Assembly: GCF_035594765.1 (NCBI RefSeq)
Contig: NC_085845.1
Location: 171,694,897 to 171,758,896 of the forward strand
Reading direction: 5' to 3'
Length of the DNA stretch: 64,000 nucleotides
Origin: Anolis carolinensis
Lineage: Eukaryota
The position numbers and the translations under genes were made by a program. Of the stretch, positions 63,201 through 64,000 are shown one piece after another (the first letter of the stretch is position 1; each line of letters starts with the position of its first letter). A model generated the notes under the pieces. The model was not told the origin of the DNA. It saw only the letters and a list, made by a program, of their open reading frames with translations, and made no database searches.

Positions 63201-64000
63201 TACATGATTTCCTATTGCTGTCATAGCTTTGGGAAGTAAATGTCTCTTAATTACACAAAGCAGCAATATTTTGCTCCTGGCATTTTTTCCCTAGACATTT
63301 ACACAAACAAGACTGAGTTACCTCAATACCAAAGAGCTATGCTCAGCAACAAGATGGATTTTCCTCATTGCAGGTTCCTGTGAGTCATAGATCATTTTTA
63401 GAATGCTGTGGTGTTTTTGTATCATTCCTTTTATTGGGGCTGGGCTGTGTGTCTGCTCCTTTGGCTGGCAGTAATGCTATTAAAGCTTTGGGTGTGATGA
63501 CATGCTGGGATGGGTTATGTTTGCATTTGGATTTACAGGCTGGTTTTATGGATAAGTGCCAACCAAGGGTTTTAATTGAAGCCGATCTTCTAACAGCTTT
63601 TTGCAGTTAAAGGAGTACTTGCTACTTTGGTATGTTTGTGTGGCTGCATTCTCTTTTGGTATGCTGATTAGGAGACAAAAATGTACCAACTCTGTTCTTT
63701 AACTTCTGTTGAGTGAGATTTTAATACACTCATAGCATTTGCCTGCTCCACTGGGAGCTTAAGGTTTCGATTGAAGATTGGTTTTGCTTTGTTTGCCTCC
63801 ACTGCTAAATGGTTGTTTGAAAGATGACCTGACAAAAGGCAAGGTGTCATGTTTACTACCTTCTGCTGATCTGTGTATAGGGTTTGTAAATAAATAAATA
63901 ACATTTCTTTCAACTGATTGCTTTGCAACTACTTATTGTAGCCACTCAGACTTGTCTGAAGAGGATAGATGGGAATACATTAATTATTAAGGGAGAGCGA

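Noticed and set aside
61000-64000. Possible MGAT3 3' UTR expected from synteny
   Set aside because: No coding sequence or other direct evidence in the window.

Overview
Vertebrate genomic DNA, almost certainly a lizard (Anolis-like), judged from Sauria SINEs, Vingi, Penelope, L2, SPIN/hAT, Harbinger and Tc1/mariner MITEs. It holds the conserved RPS19BP1(+) / ATF4(-) / MIEF1(-) block. I reconstructed each gene by hand from GT-AG boundaries: RPS19BP1 has 4 coding exons (144 aa), ATF4 has 2 (358 aa) and MIEF1/MiD51 has 4 (464 aa). ATF4 keeps its 3-codon uORF1 and an intron-split, overlapping 58-aa uORF2. MIEF1 keeps the 70-aa LYR-motif microprotein (AltMIEF1/MIEF1-MP) in its leader, so the mRNA appears bicistronic. 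Between ATF4 and MIEF1 is an apparently intact ~5.2-kb L2 LINE with an open APE-RT ORF2, an unrecognised 612-aa ORF1 and a candidate TSD. Penelope pseudo-LTRs carry minimal hammerhead ribozyme motifs: one intergenic copy is intact, while every copy in sense orientation inside a host intron is damaged. No prokaryote-type system (CRISPR etc.) is present, and I cannot claim a wholly new system. The best new leads are the extra translation and splicing controls in the MIEF1 leader, the ribozyme orientation bias, the L2 ORF1 and a 131-bp near-perfect hairpin. Family names and comparisons with human proteins are from memory, not from searches.
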